Source of the DNA: Nitrososphaerota archaeon
GTDB lineage: Archaea; Thermoproteota; Nitrososphaeria; Nitrososphaerales; JACQRY01
Length of the DNA: 64,000 nt
Assembly (NCBI GenBank): GCA_016184315.1
Contig: JACPCU010000011.1
Coordinates: forward strand, 24,161-88,160
Direction of reading: 5' to 3'
Below, piece after piece: positions 28,753 through 39,284 of the stretch; position 1 is the stretch's first letter; each line of letters opens with the position of its first letter. Both the position numbers and the translations under genes were made by a program. Below the pieces are notes generated by a model. It ran no database searches. It saw nothing but the letters and a program-made list of their open reading frames with translations, and was not told the DNA's origin.

Positions 28753-29958
28753 ATGCCTATTGAAAACTTCGAGGACTTTATCAAACGCGTGTTGGAGATA
28801 GTCTTCTGGGTTCTGGTCTTCTCCCCCCTAGTCATCTTCCCCCTGATCTTCATTGTTCTCCCAAGCATGATGGGTCTCATAGGAATCATGATCCCCGGGC
28901 CTATAGGGGTCAACGACATCCTAGCTGCTCTAGCTGACCCACTCAAGAGTATACCCATAATGACAGAGTTCATGAAAACTGATTTCTTCAAAATAGCAGT
29001 CTTCCCAGGCTTCACTTGGGCAGCACTGATAGCTACAGGCGCGATTCTGATCGAGAGGAAGCTGCTGGCCAAAATGCAGCTCAGAGTCGGGCCCCTCTAC
29101 GCTGGTAAGTTCGAAGGAGTACTCCAACCTATCGCAGATCTTCTCAAGCTCATTGCCAAGGAGATCATCATCCCTAGGCGGGCTGACAAACTTGCCTTCT
29201 GGTGCATTCCGTTCGCAGCGATGGCTGTAGGCGGAGCGTTGTTGGCCATCGTACCTGTCAGCAAGCAGTGGGTGGTCACCAATCTTGATGTTGGGCTAGT
29301 AGTGGCATTCGCTATTATGAGCTTCTTTCCGATAATTGCCTTGGTTGCAGGCTGGGCTAGCAACAGCAAATATCCCTTCTTGGGCGGACTAAGGGCGCTG
29401 CACCAAATGGTGTCTTACGAGATACCTCTTCTTCTCTCAGCTCTTGGGGTTGCGGTTCTAGCAGGGTCGCTGAACCTTGTCAAGATAGTTGAGACGCAAT
29501 CTTCGATCCCGTTTCTGCTAGTCCAGCCTCTGGGGGCAATCGTATTCTTTATCGCGCTGATGGCTGAACTGGAGAGAATTCCCTTCGACTTGCCCGAAGC
29601 TGAGCCTGAGCTGGTAGCAGGTTGGATGACTGAAATGTCAGGCATGTTGTTCGGAGTAACCCAGCTAGCCGTGTACGTGAAGTTTTATGCCCTTGCAGGA
29701 CTGTTCACCACGCTTTATCTTGGCGGATGGTATGGGCCTCAGATACTTCCGCCTGAGATGGCTGAGGCGAATGCTGTGATCTGGTTTACCGTAAAGACAT
29801 TGGCAGTGATGGTTCTAATGATGGTTCCAAGAGGTACTATGACTAGGATTCGGATCGACCTGATGCTGAAGGCAGGGTGGGGTCGTTTGCTGTTCTTGGC
29901 GTTCGTCAACATATTTATAGCCATAGTCGTGGTTCAGCTCGGTATTGTCCCTAGGTGA
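28753..29958 (+). CDS. nuoH: Complex I-like subunit H
   Basis: ERKLLAKMQLRVGP, LQPIAD, RIPFDLPEAEPELV. Confidence 0.95.
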   Translation: MPIENFEDFIKRVLEIVFWVLVFSPLVIFPLIFIVLPSMMGLIGIMIPGPIGVNDILAALADPLKSIPIMTEFMKTDFFKIAVFPGFTWAALIATGAILIERKLLAKMQLRVGPLYAGKFEGVLQPIADLLKLIAKEIIIPRRADKLAFWCIPFAAMAVGGALLAIVPVSKQWVVTNLDVGLVVAFAIMSFFPIIALVAGWASNSKYPFLGGLRALHQMVSYEIPLLLSALGVAVLAGSLNLVKIVETQSSIPFLLVQPLGAIVFFIALMAELERIPFDLPEAEPELVAGWMTEMSGMLFGVTQLAVYVKFYALAGLFTTLYLGGWYGPQILPPEMAEANAVIWFTVKTLAVMVLMMVPRGTMTRIRIDLMLKAGWGRLLFLAFVNIFIAIVVVQLGIVPR

Positions 29959-29967
29959 TTCTATGCA

Positions 29968-30471
29968 ATGAGTGCAATCATACGTGCTTTGAACGCCTTT
30001 GCTTCAGGGGTGCAGCATCTCTTCAAGCGTCGCTTCACCTTTAGATATCCTGAGCAGAAGCTCGAGTTTGAAGGCGAAGGGTATCTGTATGACCCCAAGA
30101 CCCAAGTAGGCATCTCAGGCTTCAAGGGCCGGCATCTCCTCCACATGGATAAGTGCACTGGCTGTCAGCTGTGCTCCCTAGCCTGCGAAAACATAGCCAT
30201 GGCTATTGAAATGGTGCCGATTGAAGGCCAGTGGCCTAGGAACAAGAAGAGCATCTTCCCACAGATCGATTATGGTCGATGCGTCTTCTGCGGCTTCTGC
30301 GTGGATGCATGCCCATTCTACGCGCTCTTTGAGACCAATGATTATGAGCTATGCGGTTACGACAGGAGATCACTTGTATTCACTCCGAAGCAACTGTCCA
30401 TCCCTCCACCTAAAGAGAAAGGGGTAACAGTAATCTTCGACGAGAAGAAAGGAGAGGCTCACCATGGCTGA
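29968..30471 (+). CDS. nuoI: Complex I-like subunit I (2x[4Fe-4S])
   Basis: CTGCQLCSLAC and CVFCGFCVDACP. Confidence 0.95.
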   Translation: MSAIIRALNAFASGVQHLFKRRFTFRYPEQKLEFEGEGYLYDPKTQVGISGFKGRHLLHMDKCTGCQLCSLACENIAMAIEMVPIEGQWPRNKKSIFPQIDYGRCVFCGFCVDACPFYALFETNDYELCGYDRRSLVFTPKQLSIPPPKEKGVTVIFDEKKGEAHHG

Positions 30472-30952
30472 CCCCGCATTCATCGCATTGTCCGTCATAA
30501 CTGTCATCGGTGCTATCCTAGCTCTTGAGGCTAAGGAGCTGATCTACGGTGCCCTAGCTCTAGGATTATCGTTGTCGGGGATGGCGGGGCTATTCATCTT
30601 GCTCGACGCTCCGTTTCCAGCAGCGTTCCAGATAACTGTCTACGTGGGAGCAGTTGTTGTTCTCATTCTCTTCACAATAATGCTGGTTAGGAGAGAAAAA
30701 TGGATGCAGATCGGTGAAAAAGTTGCGATACCGGGTGTCGCAGGTGCCCTAGCCATAGTTTTGGGCTTCGGGTTCCTAGCCTATCAATCTGGGTTCATCA
30801 ACTCTACAGGTAAGGAAAACGTCGTATCTAGCATTAGCGTGATCGGCGATCAGATACTTTCAGCCTATTGGCCTGTCCTTCTTGTACTCGCGCTAGTTTT
30901 GACAGCGTCCATCGTCGGGGCGCTAACTTTGTCCAAGGTGGAGAAGGAATAG
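30464..30952 (+). CDS. nuoJ: Complex I-like subunit J
   Basis: QITVYVGAVVVLILF; operon position. Confidence 0.9.
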   Translation: MADPAFIALSVITVIGAILALEAKELIYGALALGLSLSGMAGLFILLDAPFPAAFQITVYVGAVVVLILFTIMLVRREKWMQIGEKVAIPGVAGALAIVLGFGFLAYQSGFINSTGKENVVSSISVIGDQILSAYWPVLLVLALVLTASIVGALTLSKVEKE

Positions 30953-30980
30953 GCGGATGCCGAAAGGGGGGGCATAGTGT

Positions 30981-31289
30981 TTGGAGCCACTGTTCAACTA
31001 CTTGCTTCTGTCAGGGGTCTTATTCTCCATAGGTGTGTACGGTCTTGTCTCCAAGCGAAACGCGGTCAGGCTGCTCTTCGCGGTGGAAATAGTGATCAAT
31101 GCTGCAAACCTGAATTTCATTGCGTTCTGGCGCTACTTGGGTGAACCAAGCGCGGTCGGGCAGACCTTCGTGTTATTCACCATTGCTCTTGCTGCTGCCG
31201 AGGCTGCAGTGGGTCTGTCGATCATAATCTCCGCGTTCAGGGTCCACCAAGAAGTCGACGTGCAGGAGCTTAAGAACCTGAAGAGCTAG
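30981..31289 (+). CDS. nuoK: Complex I-like subunit K
   Basis: KRNAVRLLFAVE, AAAEAAVGL. Confidence 0.93.
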   Translation: MEPLFNYLLLSGVLFSIGVYGLVSKRNAVRLLFAVEIVINAANLNFIAFWRYLGEPSAVGQTFVLFTIALAAAEAAVGLSIIISAFRVHQEVDVQELKNLKS

Positions 31290-31302
31290 GCGGCAACAAG
31301 AC

Positions 31303-32811
31303 ATGACCAATCTCTTGCAAGCGGTCTTCCTACCCATCGTGCTGTCGCCCCTCATCTACTACATTGGAAGAAGAAGCGGAAAGGCTGCAGGATGGCTCAG
31401 CTTCGCCGTCATGGTCTACTCCACCCTAATGCTTCTCATAGTTACCCTGCCCGGCGCCACATACATCGAACAGTACTCATGGAACCCCATAGGTATCTTC
31501 GGGTTGAAGGCTGACGGCCTCAGCATACCCTTCGCCCTAACCATCTATCTTCTATGCACCGCCCTGACGATATACTCCATCCCCTACATGTCCCACCGCA
31601 TAGAAGAGCAGACAGAGCATCTAAGCAGCGAGGCCCGCGAACAGACCTTCAAATCCAAATTAGGCTTGTATTACATGCTCTACCTGCTCTACGCCTCCGG
31701 CATGCTTGGAACAGTCCTAGCGACAAACCTGATCCAGTTCTACATCTTCTTCGAACTCATGCTCATACCCTCATTCATCCTCATCGCCGAATTCGGCTAC
31801 GGCGACAGGGGAAGAATCTCATTCATGTACTTCCTATGGACCCACGTAGGCGCCCTGATCCTTCTTGCAGGAATACTCACCATCGGCCTGACAACAGGCC
31901 AGTTCAACATCGAAGCTATCCGTGAATCCTCTATGCCTGAAGGCATCAGAGTATGGGTCGCAGCTGCAGTAACCATAGGCCTAGCAGTTAAGCTAGCAGC
32001 CTTCGGTCTTCACATCTGGCTTCCCTATGCCCACGCAGAGGCACCGACTCCGATAAGCGCCCTTCTGAGCCCAGCCATGATCGGGATAGGAGGATACGCA
32101 TTGATCAGAATACTCATCTTCATACTACCCAGCTCCTACCACACAATAGCTCTGGCAGTGGCCATATGGGGCCTAATCACAATGATCTACGGCGGACTTA
32201 TGGCCTTCGCCCAAGACGACATCAAACGCCTCCTCGCATACTCAAGCGTCAGCCAGATGGGCTACATTATCTTCGGGATAGCGAGCGCAGCATCCATGGG
32301 CGTCTCCGGAGCAGTCTTCCACTTCGTAACCCACGGCACAGGAAAAGCCATACTCTTCATGACCGCCGGAACAATAATCCTCCAAGCACATGGAATCAGA
32401 AGCATAAGCAAAATGGGCGGCCTAGGAAGCAAACTGCCTTTGACTACAACCGCAGCCATGATCGGCTTCCTAGCCATCATGGGCGTACCCCCAACCAACG
32501 GCTTCCAGTCTGAATGGATGATCTTCAGCGGCTCCCTTGCCACCGCCACAAAGATAGGCGCACCAATCTACTACGCAATAGCAGTCACCGCACTGGCCTC
32601 CACAGCTCTAACAGCAGGCTACGCCCTATGGACTGTCAAACGGATCTTCTTCGGCTCACTCCCAGAAGAACTCAAAGACGTAAAGGAGGCAAGCCCCACG
32701 GTGACGATCCCGTTACTCTTCCTCGCCACAGTTACGCTCATCCTAGGAATACTTCCAAGCTATGTTACAGACTGGATCATACCGCTTGTGTCCAGCATAC
32801 TACCAGGGTGA
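31303..32811 (+). CDS. nuoM: Complex I-like antiporter subunit M (copy 1, upstream of L)
   Basis: FYIFFELMLIP, HIWLPYAHAEAPTP, KRLLAYSSVSQMG, GVPPTNGFQSE. Confidence 0.88.
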   Translation: MTNLLQAVFLPIVLSPLIYYIGRRSGKAAGWLSFAVMVYSTLMLLIVTLPGATYIEQYSWNPIGIFGLKADGLSIPFALTIYLLCTALTIYSIPYMSHRIEEQTEHLSSEAREQTFKSKLGLYYMLYLLYASGMLGTVLATNLIQFYIFFELMLIPSFILIAEFGYGDRGRISFMYFLWTHVGALILLAGILTIGLTTGQFNIEAIRESSMPEGIRVWVAAAVTIGLAVKLAAFGLHIWLPYAHAEAPTPISALLSPAMIGIGGYALIRILIFILPSSYHTIALAVAIWGLITMIYGGLMAFAQDDIKRLLAYSSVSQMGYIIFGIASAASMGVSGAVFHFVTHGTGKAILFMTAGTIILQAHGIRSISKMGGLGSKLPLTTTAAMIGFLAIMGVPPTNGFQSEWMIFSGSLATATKIGAPIYYAIAVTALASTALTAGYALWTVKRIFFGSLPEELKDVKEASPTVTIPLLFLATVTLILGILPSYVTDWIIPLVSSILPG

Positions 32812-32818
32812 TTAACTA

Positions 32819-34945
32819 ATGACTTATGAAGCAGCTCAACTAACCTTCGAAACTCTCACACCTTGGCTAGTATGGTTCATACCCATGCTTGGTGCCATAC
32901 TGACTCCCCTGATCGCTAAAGCCGGAGACAAAGCTAGAAACTACTTCGCAGTAGCAGTCTCCCTTCTCTCAGCTCTCTTAGCCGCATCGATGCTCCCCGC
33001 CGCACTAGGCGGAAACGTCATCCACCACCAAGTAGAATGGATACCCGCGCTGAAAATCACGGCAGGCGTCCTAGCTGACCCCATCGCAGTACTCATGGCC
33101 AACATAGTGGCATGGATCAGCTTCCTCATCATGGTTTACAGCATAGGCTACATGAAAGACGAAACAAGTCTCACAAGATACTGGTTCTTCATGAACTTCT
33201 TCATCGGCAACATGCAGCTCATCGTCCTATCAGACAACTTCCTCCAACTATTCTTCGGATGGGAGGGCGTAGGCCTATGCTCATACGGACTCATAGGTTT
33301 CTGGAACAGAGATGAAGAGAAACACTGGGTCGGCACCCCAGGACACACGGTCTGGGGAGTGCCTCAAGCTTATTCACCAACTCACGCTGGCATGAAGGCC
33401 TTCATTACCACCAGGATAGGCGACATCAGCTTCTTGATCGGACTCTTGATCCTCTACTCTGTAGCAGGAACCTTCGACTTTATTCATCTAGCAGAGAACA
33501 AACAGTGGGCCTCAAGCCTCGCCGCCATGGGACTCCTGATACCTGTTGGTGTGCTCATTTTCGGCGGAGCCATTGGGAAGTCAGCTCAATTCCCGCTGCA
33601 TGAGTGGCTCCCAGACGCGATGGCCGGCCCAACAGCAGTCTCGGCCCTAATTCATGCGGCAACGATGGTGAAGGCAGGGGTCTTCCTGATGGCTAGGGCC
33701 GGGCCAATCTTTTACAGTGCCGGGTCAGGCTTAGGAGTAACAGGCTTCTTTGAGGCTATTGCTTGGATCGGGGCTTTCACAGCTTTTCTGGCTGCTACTC
33801 AAGCCATGGTTGCGAAAGAAGTGAAGAAGGTTCTGGCCTACTCTACTGTCTCTCAGATAGGCTACATGATGCTCGGCATGGGTGTCGCTGGACTTGTAGC
33901 GGATTTTGCAACAGGCTACGTGGCAGGTTTCTTCCACCTTACAAGCCACGCCATATTCAAAGCAGCCATGTTCATGGGCGCAGGAGCTTTGATTCACGCT
34001 ACTGAAACCAAGTACATGAACGAGATGGGCGGTCTCAGGAAGAGTATGAGAATAACATACATCTCGATGCTCTTAGCGGCAGCTGGACTGGCAGGGGTAC
34101 CGCTATTCAGCGGCTTCTGGAGCAAAGACGCTATCCTCGGCGCTACACTTTCAGTTAACACTCCTTCTGCTGTGCCACTCACAATACTTGCCAGTGCAAC
34201 AGTCTTCATCACTGCTTTCTACAGTTTCAGGATGATAGGCATGATCTTCCACGGTGAGCCCAGCCACCACCTAGAGAAACTGGAGGAGCACGGCCACCAT
34301 ATCCATGAAGCACCACGTGTCATGTGGCTCCCCTACGCTATACTCGCAGTCGCAACAGTTGCTATCGGTCTGACCGGGCCATTCTTCGAGGGTGCCTTGC
34401 ACAGTATTGCAGGCAGCTCTTTGGAGAAGGTCTTCGAGCTGCACGTTGAGGAAGAAGGCTTCAAGCTCAACTTTGTCGCTTTAGGCATCAGCATTGCCGG
34501 ATTAGGCGTAGGCGCTTTTCCAGCGTACAGATACTATATCGCAAGAACGGCTGATCCCTCATCATTAGTCTCAGGCGGATTCTTGGCAGCCCTCTACCGG
34601 TTCTTGGAGAACCGCTGGTACATCAACGCTCTCTACTACAAGGTCTTCGTTTATCCATCCGTCACCATCGGCAGAGGCTTATTCAAAGTCTTTGAGACTG
34701 GCGTCATTGATAGGCTTAGCGGCGCGGCAGCAAGCTCATCTATCGCCGTATCATCAGTGGGCAACTGGATCGATGTTAACATCATCGACTGGTTCGCCAA
34801 TGGCACAGCTGCAGCTGGAACAGTAATGTCAAGAACTGCCAGAAGGATTCAGAGCGGCGTAACAGAGCAGTATGTCTTTATCTTCGTGATAGGCATAATA
34901 ATCGTGATTCTGGCGGTTCTGGCTCTGGGATCGGAGATGAATTGA
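32819..34945 (+). CDS. nuoL: Complex I-like antiporter subunit L (708 aa, extended C-terminal helix)
   Basis: GWEGVGLCSY, GKSAQFPLHEWLPDAMAGPT, GFWSKD. Confidence 0.95.
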   Translation: MTYEAAQLTFETLTPWLVWFIPMLGAILTPLIAKAGDKARNYFAVAVSLLSALLAASMLPAALGGNVIHHQVEWIPALKITAGVLADPIAVLMANIVAWISFLIMVYSIGYMKDETSLTRYWFFMNFFIGNMQLIVLSDNFLQLFFGWEGVGLCSYGLIGFWNRDEEKHWVGTPGHTVWGVPQAYSPTHAGMKAFITTRIGDISFLIGLLILYSVAGTFDFIHLAENKQWASSLAAMGLLIPVGVLIFGGAIGKSAQFPLHEWLPDAMAGPTAVSALIHAATMVKAGVFLMARAGPIFYSAGSGLGVTGFFEAIAWIGAFTAFLAATQAMVAKEVKKVLAYSTVSQIGYMMLGMGVAGLVADFATGYVAGFFHLTSHAIFKAAMFMGAGALIHATETKYMNEMGGLRKSMRITYISMLLAAAGLAGVPLFSGFWSKDAILGATLSVNTPSAVPLTILASATVFITAFYSFRMIGMIFHGEPSHHLEKLEEHGHHIHEAPRVMWLPYAILAVATVAIGLTGPFFEGALHSIAGSSLEKVFELHVEEEGFKLNFVALGISIAGLGVGAFPAYRYYIARTADPSSLVSGGFLAALYRFLENRWYINALYYKVFVYPSVTIGRGLFKVFETGVIDRLSGAAASSSIAVSSVGNWIDVNIIDWFANGTAAAGTVMSRTARRIQSGVTEQYVFIFVIGIIIVILAVLALGSEMN

Positions 34946-36424
34946 ATGCTTCTCTCGCTGATGATATTTGTCCCGATAATCGGCGCGGCAGTAGCCTACC
35001 TCCTTGGGAAAGTAGGTACAAAGGCGGTCAAAGGCTTCACCCTAGCAGTGTCAATAATCACCTTAGCTCTATCGTTAAGCGTCTTCGCCAACATCCTTCA
35101 ATCAGGAGCGGGGGCCAACTACAGTTTCGTAGAGGGCCCCATAAGCTGGATACCTGCGTTCAGCGGAGTAGACTACTATCTAGGCGTAGACGGGCTCAGC
35201 GCTCCACTGGTGCTCATCTCAGCCCTACTTACGGTGTTGGTGGTCTTCGGCTCCTTTGACCTAATCACTATCCGAATCAAGGAGTACTATGCTCTGATAT
35301 TGATCTTCGAGGGCGCAGTGATAGGCGTCTTCTCTTCTCTTAATCTCCTCCTATTCTACGTGTTCTGGGAGCTTGTACTGATCCCCATGTTCTTCTTCAT
35401 CGGGATTTGGGGCGGTCCCAGGAGGAAATACGCTGCCATGAAGTTCATCTTGTTCACCTATGTGGGGAGCGCCGTCATGCTCCTAGGCTTCCTAGGCCTC
35501 TACTTCTTCACTAGCCCCAGCACCTTCAACATTCCCGACCTCGCTCGCATGGCTTTGACCGGGAAGATTCCATCGTGGCTGCAAGGCTTAGTGGCAATAG
35601 CGACCTTCGCAGGCTTCGGAGTGAAGTTACCGGTAGTCCCCTTCCACACATGGCTCCCCGATGCCCACGTGGAGGCTCCCGCACCCATCAGCGTCTTCTT
35701 GGCAGGACTCATGCTGAAGATGGGAGGCTACGGTTTCCTCAGGGTCAACTTGCAGATACTGCCTGAAATCTCCAAACAGTACGCGTGGGTATTCATCTCC
35801 TTCGGCATTCTTACCATGTTCTACGGCGCCTTAGTAGCAATAGTGCAGAAAGATTTCAAACGGATGATTGCATTGACGAGCATAAACCACATGGGATTCG
35901 TGCTCCTAGGCGGATTCACAGGAAACCTGTACGGCGTCTCAGGAGCGATCTTCCAGATGTTCAACCATGCCGCTGCAATAGGTCTACTCTTCATGCTGTC
36001 AGGCTACATTCATGAGCAGGCAGGCACCCGGGACGTAACTATACTGAGGGGTCTCAGATTCACCATGCCCAGAACAGCTACTCTTGTGATCTTAGCTGCC
36101 TTGGCGGGTATGGGTGCACCTGCCTTCAGCAGCTTCCTATCCGAATACATGGTCATCGTTGGCGCCATTTCTTTAGACCCCAGATATGCAATAGTCGTCT
36201 TGGTTCCGGGGCTTACAGCTGGCTACTTCATGTGGGTAATCAGAAGAACAGTGATGTCTCAGCCCAAAGAAGAGGTGCATCACCACGATATGAACAGGTT
36301 TTCAGCCTTAACCCTCTCGCTCTACCTGATTCCGCTCATCTTGCTCCTGATCTTCCCATCTCTCCTCCTCAATGTCGTTGACCCGCTGTCCAGATCACTG
36401 ATAGCTGCCCTCGGAGGCGCCTAG
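34946..36424 (+). CDS. nuoM: Complex I-like antiporter subunit M (copy 2)
   Basis: FYVFWELVLIPMFF, HTWLPDAHVEAP, LLKMG-like LMLKMGGYG. Confidence 0.92.
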   Translation: MLLSLMIFVPIIGAAVAYLLGKVGTKAVKGFTLAVSIITLALSLSVFANILQSGAGANYSFVEGPISWIPAFSGVDYYLGVDGLSAPLVLISALLTVLVVFGSFDLITIRIKEYYALILIFEGAVIGVFSSLNLLLFYVFWELVLIPMFFFIGIWGGPRRKYAAMKFILFTYVGSAVMLLGFLGLYFFTSPSTFNIPDLARMALTGKIPSWLQGLVAIATFAGFGVKLPVVPFHTWLPDAHVEAPAPISVFLAGLMLKMGGYGFLRVNLQILPEISKQYAWVFISFGILTMFYGALVAIVQKDFKRMIALTSINHMGFVLLGGFTGNLYGVSGAIFQMFNHAAAIGLLFMLSGYIHEQAGTRDVTILRGLRFTMPRTATLVILAALAGMGAPAFSSFLSEYMVIVGAISLDPRYAIVVLVPGLTAGYFMWVIRRTVMSQPKEEVHHHDMNRFSALTLSLYLIPLILLLIFPSLLLNVVDPLSRSLIAALGGA

Positions 36425-36444
36425 CCACGGATCTGCCTATCTAC

Positions 36445-37917
36445 TTGACCGGGATACTCGCGGGCGCAGCACTCCTCATACTAGTCGCCGAAGCTGTATT
36501 AGGCGAAAAGTCTAGGAAAACCCTGCCAGGTTACATCGCCCTTGCAGCAATAATCGCGTCAATCGGCCTGATACTGATCACACAGATCTCTCCTGCTTAC
36601 AGTCTGACTGCATCTCACCCAGTTTTCAGGAACGACCTGATCGGAGTCTTCTTCAGCATAGTGGTGCTGATCGTATCCGCCCTAGTTGCCGCAGCATCTA
36701 TAGAATACGTGAAGACCATAGGCAACTCCGCGGCCTACAACGCGCTCCTGCTTTTCACTGCTATAGGAATGGTCCTCTTGTCCTTCGCAGCTGACCTTCT
36801 GATGATAATCGTAGCATGGGAGCTGATGAGCTTGCCAACATACATGCTCACAGGCTTCAGGAAGAGAGACCCTGACTCCACAGAAGCATCTGTGAAATAC
36901 TTCATCTTGGGAGCCTTCTCTTCAGGAGTCCTACTCTACGCATTATCACTAGTATACCTGTTAGCAGGCTCGACAAATATCGCCACGGCAGTCACAGCTC
37001 TCCAAAAACTTGCACCAGAACTCAACCCCATCGCCATACTTGCCCTAGCTCTCTTGGTAGCAGGGTTTGGCCTCAAAATGTCTGTTGTACCCTTCCACAT
37101 GTGGATACCTGACGCCTATGAAGGCGCTCCTCCGACTGTTGCTGCACTCTTATCATCAGCCACCAAGAAGGCTGCTTTTGCCGTCGCAATTAGGGTCTTC
37201 ATCGTAACATTACCTTTCCTTCAACTGGAGTGGTCAGCGATCTTCGCCATTCTCGCTGTTGCCACCATGACTTTAGGCAATGTTGCAGCGTTGACTCAGA
37301 GGATGCTTCCAAGGATGCTTGCGTACTCAAGCATCGCCCAAGCCGGTTACATCCTTGTCGGACTGGCTGTATCTCCCTATGCTCAGAGCACGCCTATGGG
37401 CTTGGTGGGGGTTCTGTTTCACTCTTTCACACACGGTGTGATGCAGGCGGCGGCATTCATCGCAGTAGCAGCTGTATCCCTTAGACTAGTCAAATCGAAC
37501 TTGGATAGCTACAGTGGTTTAGGCTTAAGAATGCCAGTCACCGCCTTTACCTTGACTATTGCTCTCCTAGGTCTTGCAGGAGTGCCTCCTCTGAACGGCT
37601 TCTGGAGCAAGCTTGTCCTTTTCTCAGCCGCTGTTGAAGCAGGTAGCACGGTTTGGTGGGGAGGATGGTTGGCAGTAATAGGAATACTGAACAGCGCTTT
37701 CAGCCTAGGCTATTACGCTTGGGTGATAAAACGCATGTATCTAGATGACCCTGAGGAAACAGGAAGGCTAAAGGAGCCTATGGGGTTGACAGGTGTGCTG
37801 GTTGCTGCAGCCTTGATCATAATCGTCACAGGCCTGTATCCTGCGCCTATCTACGAGTTCGCTAAGAATGCTAGTGCAGCCCTGTTGTCAGCATCTACTG
37901 CAGCCGCTCCGCGCTGA
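36445..37917 (+). CDS. nuoN: Complex I-like antiporter subunit N
   Basis: EASVKYFILGA, VPFHMWIPDAYEGAP, RMLAYSSIAQAG; start uncertain. Confidence 0.92.
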   Translation: MTGILAGAALLILVAEAVLGEKSRKTLPGYIALAAIIASIGLILITQISPAYSLTASHPVFRNDLIGVFFSIVVLIVSALVAAASIEYVKTIGNSAAYNALLLFTAIGMVLLSFAADLLMIIVAWELMSLPTYMLTGFRKRDPDSTEASVKYFILGAFSSGVLLYALSLVYLLAGSTNIATAVTALQKLAPELNPIAILALALLVAGFGLKMSVVPFHMWIPDAYEGAPPTVAALLSSATKKAAFAVAIRVFIVTLPFLQLEWSAIFAILAVATMTLGNVAALTQRMLPRMLAYSSIAQAGYILVGLAVSPYAQSTPMGLVGVLFHSFTHGVMQAAAFIAVAAVSLRLVKSNLDSYSGLGLRMPVTAFTLTIALLGLAGVPPLNGFWSKLVLFSAAVEAGSTVWWGGWLAVIGILNSAFSLGYYAWVIKRMYLDDPEETGRLKEPMGLTGVLVAAALIIIVTGLYPAPIYEFAKNASAALLSASTAAAPR

Positions 37918-38770
37918 ACTCTGCAAGAGCCTCTAGGTATCTTTTGCTCTCGGATTCTTCGAGAGCTTTTAGATCATGCTTAGCCTTTGTAGCGTAGCTT
38001 CTGGCCATCTTCCTCATTTGGGGCAAGATCTCGTTATCTTGATCTGAGTTAACCGCGAGGCTGCTGGTGATCTTACCCTCCTTTCCCCAGTCCAGTAAAT
38101 CGTCTTGGATCTGATATGCTATCCCGAGTTGAAGGCCATAGCTGGAAAGGGCTGAGATCTCTTCTCTGCTTCCTCCCCCGATGATGGCTCCCAGCTTGGC
38201 TGAAGTTTGGAACAGGGCTGCGGTCTTCAGGGAAATGATCTGTATGTATTCTTCCTTACCGATCTTATAGACACTTGGGTCGATCTTAAGCTCCCACAGC
38301 TCTCCTTCACACATTCTCAACGCTGCAGTGGACAGTTCTTGCGCCACCCTGGGATCGCCGTATCTTGATGCAATATCAAGGATCATGCCGAAGACAAAGT
38401 CAGCCGTCAAGAGAGAAGCGCCGTAACCATACTTCACATGGAATGCGAAACGGTCTCTCCGAGAGGTCTCTTCGTCGATTATGTCGTCGTGAGTGATGGA
38501 CTCTGTGTGGAGGAGTTCTACCGCAACAGCGGCAGGAAACAGGTCTCCACTCTTGTTGCCCACCGATTCACCGGCGAAGAGAAGTATTAGAGGCCGAATT
38601 CTCTTTCCTCCCTCTATTGCGTAGGCCAAGGGGCCGTGGAACCGTGAGTCAGAATACTTTTGAAGTTCACGGTGAAGGGCTCCTTCGACCTGAGCAAGGT
38701 ATCTGTCGGTCTTTTCTTTCTGGGAATCTGTGTATCCGATATCTCTCAGCTCCAAATAGGACAACTCCAT
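37895..38770 (-). CDS. Polyprenyl (GGPP) synthase
   Basis: GGKRIRP, HDDIID...RR, LKTA, FQ/YQIQDD. Confidence 0.92.
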   Translation of the reverse strand: MELSYLELRDIGYTDSQKEKTDRYLAQVEGALHRELQKYSDSRFHGPLAYAIEGGKRIRPLILLFAGESVGNKSGDLFPAAVAVELLHTESITHDDIIDEETSRRDRFAFHVKYGYGASLLTADFVFGMILDIASRYGDPRVAQELSTAALRMCEGELWELKIDPSVYKIGKEEYIQIISLKTAALFQTSAKLGAIIGGGSREEISALSSYGLQLGIAYQIQDDLLDWGKEGKITSSLAVNSDQDNEILPQMRKMARSYATKAKHDLKALEESESKRYLEALAEFSAERLQ

Positions 38771-38785
38771 ACATGCCAAGATACG

Positions 38786-39133
38786 CTAAACATCAGTAGC
38801 GACCTGCGGGGTATGCACTTTGCCATTCATGATTCTGCGGCGCCGGAGAAGCCACTTGGGCCTCATCCACTGCTCCTCAACCCCTTCTTTGGTTCTAACT
38901 ACGATATCCTCCCCGTTATCAGCTAGAATCTCGTCGACAGGGTGATCCATTCTGTAGCGAACATATTCTTGGTCTGTAAATGATCGTCTCTCGCTTCTCG
39001 CTGACTCAATCCTGCCAAGCCACTGAACATTTCTCCCGTTGACAGAGAGATAGAAGGAAGCTGACCCCATGCTTGCAAAGAGTTTCAGATATTGGATCTT
39101 CTTTGGTAAGGCGTGCTTCAGCACGAACCGCAT
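38786..39133 (-). CDS. Hypothetical protein
   Basis: 115-aa ORF in tandem with the prenyl synthase; no motif recognised. Confidence 0.55.
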   Translation of the reverse strand: MRFVLKHALPKKIQYLKLFASMGSASFYLSVNGRNVQWLGRIESARSERRSFTDQEYVRYRMDHPVDEILADNGEDIVVRTKEGVEEQWMRPKWLLRRRRIMNGKVHTPQVATDV

Positions 39134-39284
39134 CTTAAATCTGAGGTGATCTACCGATGCAAGAGGTTAATAAATTGATAACGCAGACGCGATCATATCG
39201 GCCTGCTTATACTCAGCGGTTATGAGATATTTGCTGGTCGATCAGAAGGTTTATCACCTATTTATGGGGTGATAGGAGAGTGAA

